Source of the DNA: a virus
IMG/VR virus record: IMGVR_UViG_3300040751_002535
Strand: one strand, 5' to 3'
Length of the DNA stretch: 64,000 nucleotides
The first letter of the stretch is position 1; each line of letters opens with the position of its first letter. Position numbers and translations under genes: made by a program. The notes under the pieces were generated by a model. The model ran no database searches. It was not told the origin of the DNA and saw only the letters and a list, made by a program, of their open reading frames with translations. Positions 35,272-44,814 of the stretch are shown piece after piece.

Positions 35272-38200
35272 ATGGCAAGACAAGAAGTTGATATTGGTAT
35301 CGAGGGTAATGACGGCACAGGCGATAGCATCCGTGAAAGTTTCAAAAAAGTAAATACAAACTTTACTGAACTATATGCTGTATTTGGGCTTGGCGGTGCA
35401 ATATCATTTAAAAATATCGACGATGTTCCTGATTCATATTTAGGAAACACAGGTGCTATCACAGCAGTTAACAGTACAGAAACTGGGTTAAACTTTTATA
35501 AGTTTGTTAGTGATACTGGCAATAACGGCTCGGATAAAGCAGTTAATACTATTAATAATAGTGTCGTTGTTGAGTTTGATGATGTAGATCCTGCTACGCC
35601 TAATCAAAGCGGCACAGTCAAGATTATCATCAATGATCCACATATTGAACGTGATCCTGATCCGGTATTAAATGCTCCCTTAAACGCTCAAGCAGTAACA
35701 GCATATAGTAATGCTATTAATACAACACTAAGAAATACCGGAGCAGGTGATGATATTAATACACTTGTTACCAACTGGGCAACTACACATCCTGGATCAG
35801 CAGCTATTTCTACTGACAATGTTATCATCAGTAAGGGTTATGCAGATGATAACTATGTAAATGTAGCAGGCGATACCATGACTGGTGCTTTGAATGTTCC
35901 AGCAAGTGCTACTGGTACACAAGTTCCACAAACACAAGAAGTTATTACACGAGCAGGTAGCGAAACCAACAGACGTATGTTAGACACACTTTACCTAGCG
36001 GATCACCCAAATCCTCTCGAAGGGTTCGGCGCTCCAAATGGTAAAGATGATTTACAAGCTGTTACAAAACTTTATGTTGATACACAGGGCTATGCTAGTG
36101 CAACAAACATTTATGTTTCAACATCTGGCGATGATTCACAAAAAGCAGCTCCAGCTGGCCAAGAAGGTAGGTCGCCACAGTATGCTTACAAATCTGTTAA
36201 TGCTGCTATGATTAAAGCAGAATCGATTATTGAAGCTACTCCATACGAACCTGGTCCTTATGTACAGCAAGTAACATACGACAATGGCGCTGTTAATAGT
36301 ATTATTGATAGTATTACAGGATATACCAGTCCAGCAACCGCAGTAGCAGCTAGTAACTTAGCTGTGTCTAATACAAACTCTATACAAGAATTTGTACAAG
36401 ATTACATTGAAGTTAACTTTGCAGACTTAACATACGATATACAACTTTGTAAACGTGATGTACAACTAATGATCGATTCTGTAAGACTTGATGTTAATGC
36501 AGGATTAACAGTAAACTATCTATCACGTTGGGCAGGCCTAAGATACAATGCAAACCCAAGTGCAATTAAAGCACAAGTAGATCAAGGAGCAGCTACACGA
36601 GCATCAATTGCTGTGGTTAGAGCACAGTTGGTTAGTGCATTTAATGACGCTAATACAGCAGCACCGGGCACAATCTCAGCAAGTGTTATTACAGCCTACA
36701 CTGATCGTTTTAATGAAATCATTGACATTTTGTCAGGAACAGATGTTGCCCTTGCAGCTACAGGCGCAGGATATACATTTGCATTTACTAATGGTACAAA
36801 CGCAGCAGTTGATCAAGGTGGTGAAGGCAATCCTGATCTTATTGAAGGTAAAATCATTGTAGGGAAACTATCAGGTGCAAAAGGTATTATTACTGATTAC
36901 ACTCGTAGCGCAAGTGTTACTACTGATAGTATAGTAGTTGACCTAGTTGAACCTATTGAGTTTATTGCAGGTGAAGAACTAGAATTTGGTAATATTACTA
37001 GAAACAACCAAATCACAGTAAGAATTGAAAGTGGTATTTATTACGAACACCTTCCTATTAAGTTACCTGAAAACGTAAGTATCAAAGGCGATGAGTTTAG
37101 ACGAGTTGTTCTACGTCCAAAGCCTGGTGTTTCGCAGAGTAAATGGAATCATACATATTTCTATAGAGATATTGTAACTGATGGACTTATATCAGCATAT
37201 TCACCAGCTGCAACACTAACAAATGTGTCTGCTGATGATCCGGCACGTACACTAGGAACATATCAGATAGGTGTAGATGATTGGGGATCTAATGGTGCCG
37301 GCGTAAAAGCTACATTCCAGGTTATTGTTTTATCAGGTGGAGCCTGTACTGTAACCATTACAAGTGGCGGCGATGGATTTATTGTTGGCGAAACAATAAC
37401 TATTAACGACAGTAAAATTGGTGCTGGTGGCGGAGCAGACTTAACGTTTGATATTGCAACTACAGGCGGCGGCTATCACTTTACACACCCAGTTAGTGGC
37501 AAGCAAGGAAAATATGGATATCATTATGTTTCTGATCCTAGTAAAATAGCAGATGTAGGCACCGATGCTACATCCAATCCTGGAAACTTTAAAGAAGCTG
37601 CAAGATTGATTGAACTCAACAAAGCCTATTTGGTAGAAGAAACAATCGAATATGTTAATGCAACATATCCTTCCTTGGTTTACAACGAAACCAAATGTCG
37701 TAGAGATACTGGATTGATTGTTGACGGTATTGTTAAAGATTTACGTGTAGGTGGAAGAGAAAACACTCTTACAAATCAAGGCGCATACTATGCAGGTGCC
37801 GTTGCAGGACAAGAAACAGAAACTGCCGCAGCAATAACAAATCTAAAAGCTATTATCACAAACGTACTAGCCAACGATTCAGGCAATGGTTATGCAGGAA
37901 CAGGAAGTGTTGCTCAGATATTTGATGAAGATTATACAGCAGAAACCGAATCAAATACACAATCTACTGCGTTGGTCGATTGTGTTGCATATTTTAATAA
38001 TGTAAACTATAATCCTCCATTAAACAACAGTGAAATGGATGTTCTACTGTGTAATGATGGTACTATTGTAAGAAACATTACTGTACAAAGACAAGGCGGA
38101 TTTATGATGGTGCTTGACCCAGAAGGTCAAATATTAACACGTTCGCCTTATTGTCAAACAGGATCAAGTTTTGCACAATCAAAAGGAACAAACAGAAACT

Positions 38201-41200
38201 TTGCAGGCGGATTGTTTGTTGACGGATATGCAGGTAATATGCCTGCAACTATTGACACAGTAAATAGTGCATTTAGTATTAGTGTAAGTTCACCGACTGA
38301 TCAAGGTTTATTTGTAAGAAGACCTCCTACACCGTTTCCGTTCTTTATCAACGGTGCAAGATATCAAGTTAACACAATATCTGCATACGATAAAGCTGCC
38401 GGAACTGCTACATTTATTTTAGATGAAACCAGTAATCCAAGCGAAAGTACATCACGCAACATAGATAATATTACACAGGCAGCAACCGCTGTGCTGCGCA
38501 CAACTACTGCACATCCATACTCAGATGCAGATCGTATTACAATCAGTAATGTAAATGGTATGGTTGAAATAAACAGTGCTACGTTGTATGTTAAAACCAC
38601 AATCAATCCAAATGAAGTCGAACTATATACCGATGCAGCTCTAACAGCAGGTTATAATACTAGTGCATTTAGTGCATACACAGGCAGCGGCCTTGCTCAA
38701 ACGTTTGTAGTTGGTCGAGGGTATACTGGCAGCACTGGTGTTGACATATTTGTACAAAGTGGTGGTAACAGAAGTATGTTAGCAAACGACTTTACACAAA
38801 TCAACGATTTAGGGTTTGGTGCATTATGTGTTAACAACGCACTAGCAGAACTTGTTAGTATGTTTACATACTATTGTCATACTGGATATCTTGCACTAGA
38901 CGGATCTCAAATACGTAGTCTTGGAGGCAACAACAGTTATGGTATTTACGGACTGGTTTCGGCAGGCGCAGATCCAGATGAAGTTGCTACAGATGTTACA
39001 CTAGGTGCTAATATGGTATTTCCTGGAAAAACATTTAGAGCAGATGGCATATTAGATTTTTCAGCTGCGGCACCGTCTACAGGAAATATTAGTGCAGGAC
39101 AAACACTAACACAAGGCTTGATCAATGCTACTATTACCGCTGTTACACAAGCAAGTCCAGCATCAGTTACTGCAACTGGACATGGGCTAACCAATGCCGA
39201 TCTAGTTACAATATCTGGAGTTGTTGGTATGACAGAACTAAATGGCTTGCAGTTTTATGTAAGTGTAACAAATGTTAACGAATTTACATTGTACACTGAC
39301 GCTGGATTAAGTTCTGCATATGATTCTTCAACCAACACTGCATACACTAGTGGAGGTGTTGCAACTAGAGCAGCTAATGCGACAGGTATACTAAGTTTCA
39401 CAGGTGAAGAAGATGGTAGTGGAGATCCTACTAGATTGTATGTACATACCACAACAGGAACATTCAACACAACTGCAACTATTACTTCACCTACAAGTAC
39501 AAATGTTGGTATTCCGGCAACAGTTACAACACTAGACAATGATGCACCAGAAGATTCGTTGTTTATGTATGTTTATGATTTAAAAGAATATCCTCATAAC
39601 GTAAGTGAAGTTGAAATACTACACAATACTGGATTGTATCAACCATATGAAATAACAAACGCAAGTGATGCTAACTTTACATTAAGTAGTTACGATATTG
39701 ACACTAGTAGTGCAGTCGGACTTACAGGTACATACACTGCCGATACAGCTATTTTTAAAGTCAAGAAAACACGAGCTGACAACTACAGTGTTGATATTAC
39801 AGGAGGCGGCAGTGGAGCAGGTGCAGCCGGCGAGACAATCATTATTCCAGGTACACTGCTTGGCGGTGCTACACCTGCTAACGATGCTACTATTACAACA
39901 ACAGATGTAGACGGTGGAGTAATAACGGCTGCTAGTATTGCAGGTACTCCGAGATTTGATGATAGTACTCCTGTGCGTGATGGTAAAGTATGGAAGTTAA
40001 ACTTTGGTACTGGACTCGAAGGAACAGCATCAAATGGTTTACAAGAAAATACTGATCACGATACCAAACTTGTAATACGTCACAAGCAAAACTTCTTACT
40101 CGATGACTTTGGTACAGAAGAACTACCAACTCGTCCAAGTACAGCATTTACTTTCACGCAAGATACTACAGAGTATGTGTATCGTACTATTCTATTCGGC
40201 AATCAAATCACAGATGGAGTAACTACAGCGGCTAGCCAGCGTATGGTAACATTTGATAGTAACTTTAGATACACTGATTTAAGCGTTAATCAAAGTATAA
40301 TAACCGCTACTGAAAGTTTCTTTAGTGCTAACAGTACTGTAGATTCAAACTATACTGATATTGTAGCTGCTGCCACACCAAGTGCAACTATTACAATGGG
40401 TGCTACTGCTGCAACTACAAGCACAGACGGGAGTAGATTTATTGCAATCGGGCAACTAGATGCTACTGAAAGAACACGTTTAGCAAATGCTGATATGATT
40501 GTTACATGGGGCGGCAAAACCTATCAGATAGATGACTATGCAGAATACTCATACACAGGTGGCAGCGGTACTGTTGCAATGGCTGTAATACAGATTTCTG
40601 ATGTTGCTAATACAGATATTCACTGGCCTGCATTGAATCCTGGACTTGCTAAGACATTGGTCAACAGTGGTGGTATAACACTAAAAGCTGGATTATCATC
40701 TGGAGAAGCAGCAGAGATTACTGTTAACATTAGTACCAACAGAGCAACAGGACACGATATGCTTGACATTGGTACAGGTGGATTTAACACCAGTAACTAT
40801 CCAGAACGTATTTACGGTTCACCATTTGGATTTGCTCCTGTTTCATCCGGCGATGCAATCGACAGTACTGGTAATGCAAGTGCAGCACAAGTACAAGAAC
40901 GCAACAAAGGTCGTGTTTTTGCTACACTTACTGACCAAGATGGTTTCTTCCGTGTAGGTAGATTCTTTACAGTCGACCAAGGTACTGGTAGTGTTACATT
41001 CAATGCTGCACTTGTTCTTACAAACATTGATGGTATTGGATTTAAGCGTGGTGTGCGTGTTAACGAGTTTAGCAACGACGATACGTTTACTGATGCCAAA
41101 GGCGATGCAGTACCAACACAGACTGCAACAGAAGGTTACATAGATCAGCGTTTAGGATTTGATAGAGATGGCGCTACAGGCGGTACAGTTATCGGTCCAG

Positions 41201-42363
41201 GCGTAATGAGTTTAGGTGGTCCAGGGTTTAGTCAAACTATTATGAACAGTGACATGAACTTGGGTAGTAATCGTATTACTAACTTAGGAACACCAACTGC
41301 TTCAAGTGATGCTACAACAAAACAATATGTTGATCAAAAAACAGATCAACTAAATGATATCGGCGATGTAACTATTACAGGAACAGGCGCTCCTATCACT
41401 AGCAACATTTTAGCATTTGTAGGAACTAATCAACAAAGTGTAAATGTTGAAGTAACTGGCGATATTGGACTTACATATACAAGTGGTAATAGTATTACAG
41501 CAAATATCAATACTGGTGTTATTGTTAACAATGATATTAATGCTAGTGCTGCAATAGATCAAAGCAAACTTAATATGAATGCTGCGACTACAAGAGTAAA
41601 TGCAGTTGGTATTACACAAGCAGACTTAGGGTTGGCGAGTTTCCATAGTACACAGTTTACATCAACCAATGGCTGGATAGAGCTTGAAGACTTGGGTGTT
41701 GTAAATGCTAAACTAGCAAATGATGATGTAACTATTGGTGGCACTAGTATTGCACTTGGTGCAACAAGTACAAGTATTACAGGCTTAACAGGTCTTACAT
41801 TTGATAGTGGTACTATTAGTGGTACCGTTGGTATAAACATCACAGGTAGCATTACACATACAGGTAATATTGTAGGTCCAGCAAACAGCGGCGCAGACAA
41901 TGGTGTGAGTATTGGTAGTAGTACAAATAGATACAACACTGTATGGGCAACAACATTTAATGGTGAAGCAACCGCAGCACTATATGCCGACCTTGCAGAG
42001 AACTATTTAGGTGATGCAGCATATGAACCAGGAACAGTACTTGTATTTGGCGGTGATGAAGAAGTTACTGCATGTACTGCTAAAGGACAAACTAGTGCAG
42101 CAGGTGTTGTTACAACCAATCCAGCACACTTAATGAATAGTGCATTGCAAGGCGAACATGTAGTAGGTGTAGCACTACAAGGGAGAGTCCCTTGTAAAGT
42201 TATTGGTAAGGTTGCCAAAGGTGACATGCTTGTTACAAGTGCTGTACCAGGTTATGCTATTGTCAACAACACACCAAATGTCGGACAAGTTATTGGTAAG
42301 GCAGTTGGAACAAAGGACGACAGCGAACGTGGTGTTGTTGAAGTAGTAGTAGGGAGAGTATAA
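35272..42363 (+). CDS. giant virion structural protein (tail fibre/baseplate, 2363 aa)
   Basis: gp9/10-like N-terminus GNDGTGDSIRESF.KVN.NF.ELY; TKxYVD fibre motifs; beta-helix-like segments; C-terminal ADLAENY...GRVPCKVIG domain. Confidence 0.8.
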   Translation: MARQEVDIGIEGNDGTGDSIRESFKKVNTNFTELYAVFGLGGAISFKNIDDVPDSYLGNTGAITAVNSTETGLNFYKFVSDTGNNGSDKAVNTINNSVVVEFDDVDPATPNQSGTVKIIINDPHIERDPDPVLNAPLNAQAVTAYSNAINTTLRNTGAGDDINTLVTNWATTHPGSAAISTDNVIISKGYADDNYVNVAGDTMTGALNVPASATGTQVPQTQEVITRAGSETNRRMLDTLYLADHPNPLEGFGAPNGKDDLQAVTKLYVDTQGYASATNIYVSTSGDDSQKAAPAGQEGRSPQYAYKSVNAAMIKAESIIEATPYEPGPYVQQVTYDNGAVNSIIDSITGYTSPATAVAASNLAVSNTNSIQEFVQDYIEVNFADLTYDIQLCKRDVQLMIDSVRLDVNAGLTVNYLSRWAGLRYNANPSAIKAQVDQGAATRASIAVVRAQLVSAFNDANTAAPGTISASVITAYTDRFNEIIDILSGTDVALAATGAGYTFAFTNGTNAAVDQGGEGNPDLIEGKIIVGKLSGAKGIITDYTRSASVTTDSIVVDLVEPIEFIAGEELEFGNITRNNQITVRIESGIYYEHLPIKLPENVSIKGDEFRRVVLRPKPGVSQSKWNHTYFYRDIVTDGLISAYSPAATLTNVSADDPARTLGTYQIGVDDWGSNGAGVKATFQVIVLSGGACTVTITSGGDGFIVGETITINDSKIGAGGGADLTFDIATTGGGYHFTHPVSGKQGKYGYHYVSDPSKIADVGTDATSNPGNFKEAARLIELNKAYLVEETIEYVNATYPSLVYNETKCRRDTGLIVDGIVKDLRVGGRENTLTNQGAYYAGAVAGQETETAAAITNLKAIITNVLANDSGNGYAGTGSVAQIFDEDYTAETESNTQSTALVDCVAYFNNVNYNPPLNNSEMDVLLCNDGTIVRNITVQRQGGFMMVLDPEGQILTRSPYCQTGSSFAQSKGTNRNFAGGLFVDGYAGNMPATIDTVNSAFSISVSSPTDQGLFVRRPPTPFPFFINGARYQVNTISAYDKAAGTATFILDETSNPSESTSRNIDNITQAATAVLRTTTAHPYSDADRITISNVNGMVEINSATLYVKTTINPNEVELYTDAALTAGYNTSAFSAYTGSGLAQTFVVGRGYTGSTGVDIFVQSGGNRSMLANDFTQINDLGFGALCVNNALAELVSMFTYYCHTGYLALDGSQIRSLGGNNSYGIYGLVSAGADPDEVATDVTLGANMVFPGKTFRADGILDFSAAAPSTGNISAGQTLTQGLINATITAVTQASPASVTATGHGLTNADLVTISGVVGMTELNGLQFYVSVTNVNEFTLYTDAGLSSAYDSSTNTAYTSGGVATRAANATGILSFTGEEDGSGDPTRLYVHTTTGTFNTTATITSPTSTNVGIPATVTTLDNDAPEDSLFMYVYDLKEYPHNVSEVEILHNTGLYQPYEITNASDANFTLSSYDIDTSSAVGLTGTYTADTAIFKVKKTRADNYSVDITGGGSGAGAAGETIIIPGTLLGGATPANDATITTTDVDGGVITAASIAGTPRFDDSTPVRDGKVWKLNFGTGLEGTASNGLQENTDHDTKLVIRHKQNFLLDDFGTEELPTRPSTAFTFTQDTTEYVYRTILFGNQITDGVTTAASQRMVTFDSNFRYTDLSVNQSIITATESFFSANSTVDSNYTDIVAAATPSATITMGATAATTSTDGSRFIAIGQLDATERTRLANADMIVTWGGKTYQIDDYAEYSYTGGSGTVAMAVIQISDVANTDIHWPALNPGLAKTLVNSGGITLKAGLSSGEAAEITVNISTNRATGHDMLDIGTGGFNTSNYPERIYGSPFGFAPVSSGDAIDSTGNASAAQVQERNKGRVFATLTDQDGFFRVGRFFTVDQGTGSVTFNAALVLTNIDGIGFKRGVRVNEFSNDDTFTDAKGDAVPTQTATEGYIDQRLGFDRDGATGGTVIGPGVMSLGGPGFSQTIMNSDMNLGSNRITNLGTPTASSDATTKQYVDQKTDQLNDIGDVTITGTGAPITSNILAFVGTNQQSVNVEVTGDIGLTYTSGNSITANINTGVIVNNDINASAAIDQSKLNMNAATTRVNAVGITQADLGLASFHSTQFTSTNGWIELEDLGVVNAKLANDDVTIGGTSIALGATSTSITGLTGLTFDSGTISGTVGINITGSITHTGNIVGPANSGADNGVSIGSSTNRYNTVWATTFNGEATAALYADLAENYLGDAAYEPGTVLVFGGDEEVTACTAKGQTSAAGVVTTNPAHLMNSALQGEHVVGVALQGRVPCKVIGKVAKGDMLVTSAVPGYAIVNNTPNVGQVIGKAVGTKDDSERGVVEVVVGRV
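38461..39366 (+). repeat. two-copy ~80-aa internal domain repeat in the tail protein
   Basis: ITQA...H...ITISNVNGMVEIN...ELYTDAAL...AYT (~38461-38700) vs VTQA...H...VTISGVVGMTELN...TLYTDAGL...AYT (~39121-39366). Confidence 0.75.
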
Positions 42364-42662
42364 TGGCACAACAAACAATAAATGTAGGCACTGGAGCAAA
42401 TACAGGAGGGGGAGATCCCCTCCGCAATGCAATGATAAAAATCAATGAAAACTTTACAGAGTTATATGCAGATATAGCAGCACTAGAAGATGGTGACATT
42501 ACTACGGATATCAAAGGCAGTGTGTTTGCTGATGATAGTACATTATTAGTAGATGCTGTAAATGGTGTTATTCCGGGTTATGTAAGTTTAGCAACATTGC
42601 AATCTGAAGTAGCAGCAAGCGCAGACTTTGCTGACTTTCAAGCAAGAATAGCAGCATTGTAA
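42363..42662 (+). CDS. small baseplate/tail protein with gp9/10-like N-terminus
   Basis: INVGTGANTGGGDPLRNAMIKINENFTELY. Confidence 0.7.
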   Translation: MAQQTINVGTGANTGGGDPLRNAMIKINENFTELYADIAALEDGDITTDIKGSVFADDSTLLVDAVNGVIPGYVSLATLQSEVAASADFADFQARIAAL

Positions 42663-42676
42663 ATATACGATAAATA
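42660..42676 (+). promoter_or_regulatory. tandem T4-like late promoter cores
   Basis: TAAATA at 42660-42665 and 42671-42676. Confidence 0.55.
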
Positions 42677-42699
42677 TAAAAAAGAACAGGATTTAGAGA

Positions 42700-44064
42700 A
42701 TGGCAAATAGATTTCCACTAGTAGTAGACACAAATGACGGTAACAGACTGAAAGAAATCCCTAGTGGCGACTCATTAGATTTTTCAAGTGTTGGCATTGC
42801 TAACCTAACTAGTCTAAGTGTAAGCGGATCACTAAGCGGTAGTACATTATCTACCACCGGAAACGTTTCCTTAGGCGGCACATTAAATGTAACCGGTGCT
42901 AGTACAATAACTACACTGTCAGCAACTACAATGACTGCAACTTCGCTAACACTCAATGGGAATCTTGTTGTTCCGCAAGTACAAAGTGATTGGACTGAAA
43001 CAGATACAAACAGTGCTGCATTTATTCTCAACAAACCAGATCTTCAAGCTATTGACAACCTAGACGATATCGGAGACGTTTTTGTTTCCGATGCTGTTTT
43101 AAATGATGTATTAAAATATGACGGAACAAGTTGGCAAGCATCGCCGGAAGCAGGCGGTATAGGATTTGCTGATTTTAGTGTTGTAACCAATCCAGCAAGC
43201 GGTCAAGGTAGTTTGATATATAATGCTGCTGGTGTGTTTACATTTACTCCTGCCGATGCACTAACTGCAGGTTCTAATATTAGTTTACTAACCAATGATA
43301 GTGAATTTACAACCATTGCTGAGATTAATACAAACAACTATTTACAACAAGGCGATGTTATTGGTAGCGGAAGAATTACAGCTACAGCAGCAAGTGGGCA
43401 AGTTACACTTACATTTGATGCAACAGGTTTGTTAACAATTGAAACTGACACACTTGCAACTGTTACAGGCAGAGGTGCAACCACTACAACGGCGCTCGAA
43501 GCAGATGCATTTAATCAAGCACCTACAAGTACAAGCACCAACACACTAAAAGATGTAAGCATAGAAACACTTGATATTTTAACAAGTATTACAAGTACAG
43601 CAGCCAACTTTAGTACAGGCGGCAGTATAAGTGCAACCACAGGCACCGTTACTGGAAATACAGTAACAGCTTCAAGTACATTAAATACACCACTGATTGC
43701 AGGAGTTGGATCTATAACGAATACTGCTACAATTTCGGTAAACCCAGGAACAAACAATGCTCTTAAGATCGAAAGCGGGAGGCTAGAACTACTAGCAACC
43801 TCGTTACCACCGGCTTCGCCAGTAGCAGGACAAATTTTCTATGATGGCAGTGCATTCTACGGATATGTAGGCGACAACGGCAGCGGAAGTGCTGGCGCTG
43901 TAATGTTTCCAGCGTTTTACTCAATACTTGGATTACAACTTCCTGCATTTGAAAATGCTGATTTGCCAAGCGCAGCAGATGGATCCAATGAAGGAATGAT
44001 AGCATGGGATTTAACAAATAGTAGTGTTGTAGTATTTAATGGAACAAGTTGGTCAAACGTATAA
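42700..44064 (+). CDS. virion structural/tail fibre protein
   Basis: Thr/Ser/Gly-rich; QSDW..TD..S.AFILNKP; LDDIGDV; L.TVTGRG. Confidence 0.7.
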   Translation: MANRFPLVVDTNDGNRLKEIPSGDSLDFSSVGIANLTSLSVSGSLSGSTLSTTGNVSLGGTLNVTGASTITTLSATTMTATSLTLNGNLVVPQVQSDWTETDTNSAAFILNKPDLQAIDNLDDIGDVFVSDAVLNDVLKYDGTSWQASPEAGGIGFADFSVVTNPASGQGSLIYNAAGVFTFTPADALTAGSNISLLTNDSEFTTIAEINTNNYLQQGDVIGSGRITATAASGQVTLTFDATGLLTIETDTLATVTGRGATTTTALEADAFNQAPTSTSTNTLKDVSIETLDILTSITSTAANFSTGGSISATTGTVTGNTVTASSTLNTPLIAGVGSITNTATISVNPGTNNALKIESGRLELLATSLPPASPVAGQIFYDGSAFYGYVGDNGSGSAGAVMFPAFYSILGLQLPAFENADLPSAADGSNEGMIAWDLTNSSVVVFNGTSWSNV

Positions 44065-44077
44065 TACTAGTTTCTGA

Positions 44078-44083
44078 TAAATA
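44078..44083 (+). promoter_or_regulatory. T4-like late promoter
   Basis: TAAATA upstream of AGGAG RBS. Confidence 0.6.
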
Positions 44084-44102
44084 TGTATAACAGGAGACTA
44101 AC

Positions 44103-44804
44103 ATGGCAATTCAAGATATTAATGTAGGATTACTTGCTAACGACGGCACAGGCGATGATTTACGAGAAGCATTTATTAAGGTAAATCAAAACTTTGACGA
44201 GCTAGATTTAAAAGTATCAGCCGTCACAGAAATCTCAGCAGAAAATATTGGCGATGCCGGTTACGGAATATTTGCACAAGAAGTTTCAAATACGTTCCAG
44301 TTTAGAAAACTATTAGTCGATCCATTATATTCAGATACAATGAGTATACGTATTAGTGATGACGGCAACAATGTTTATCTAGCTAGTGCAACTGGGTATA
44401 CTAGAATAACTGACGGAACTACAAGTGCTGTTGTATCTCCAACGACTTTTATTACAATCAATGGTACTGGTGCTGCACAAGCAACAGTAGCAGGCGGCGT
44501 TGCTCCTAGTATAACAATAGATAGTTTGCTTTCGAGAGAAACAACTCCAACACTTAATGCAACACTAAATGCTAATAGTAATCCTATTACTAACATTACT
44601 TCTCTTAATGATATTACTATGGCAGAACTCGAACAAGCGTTTGAATGGGACTTTGGAGACCTAACAAGAAATAGAACTAGCATCATTGATTTTATTTTGA
44701 AATCAGTAGATGTTGACTTTGGTACATCTCAAGATGTATTCTCTCCTGCAGATGGCACTGCTGATTTTGGAAATAGTAACGCAACATTCGATGAAGCTTT
44801 GTAA
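44103..44804 (+). CDS. baseplate/tail protein with gp9/10-like N-terminus
   Basis: INVG..ANDGTGDDLREAFIKVNQNF. Confidence 0.7.
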   Translation: MAIQDINVGLLANDGTGDDLREAFIKVNQNFDELDLKVSAVTEISAENIGDAGYGIFAQEVSNTFQFRKLLVDPLYSDTMSIRISDDGNNVYLASATGYTRITDGTTSAVVSPTTFITINGTGAAQATVAGGVAPSITIDSLLSRETTPTLNATLNANSNPITNITSLNDITMAELEQAFEWDFGDLTRNRTSIIDFILKSVDVDFGTSQDVFSPADGTADFGNSNATFDEAL

Positions 44805-44814
44805 GGGGATATAA

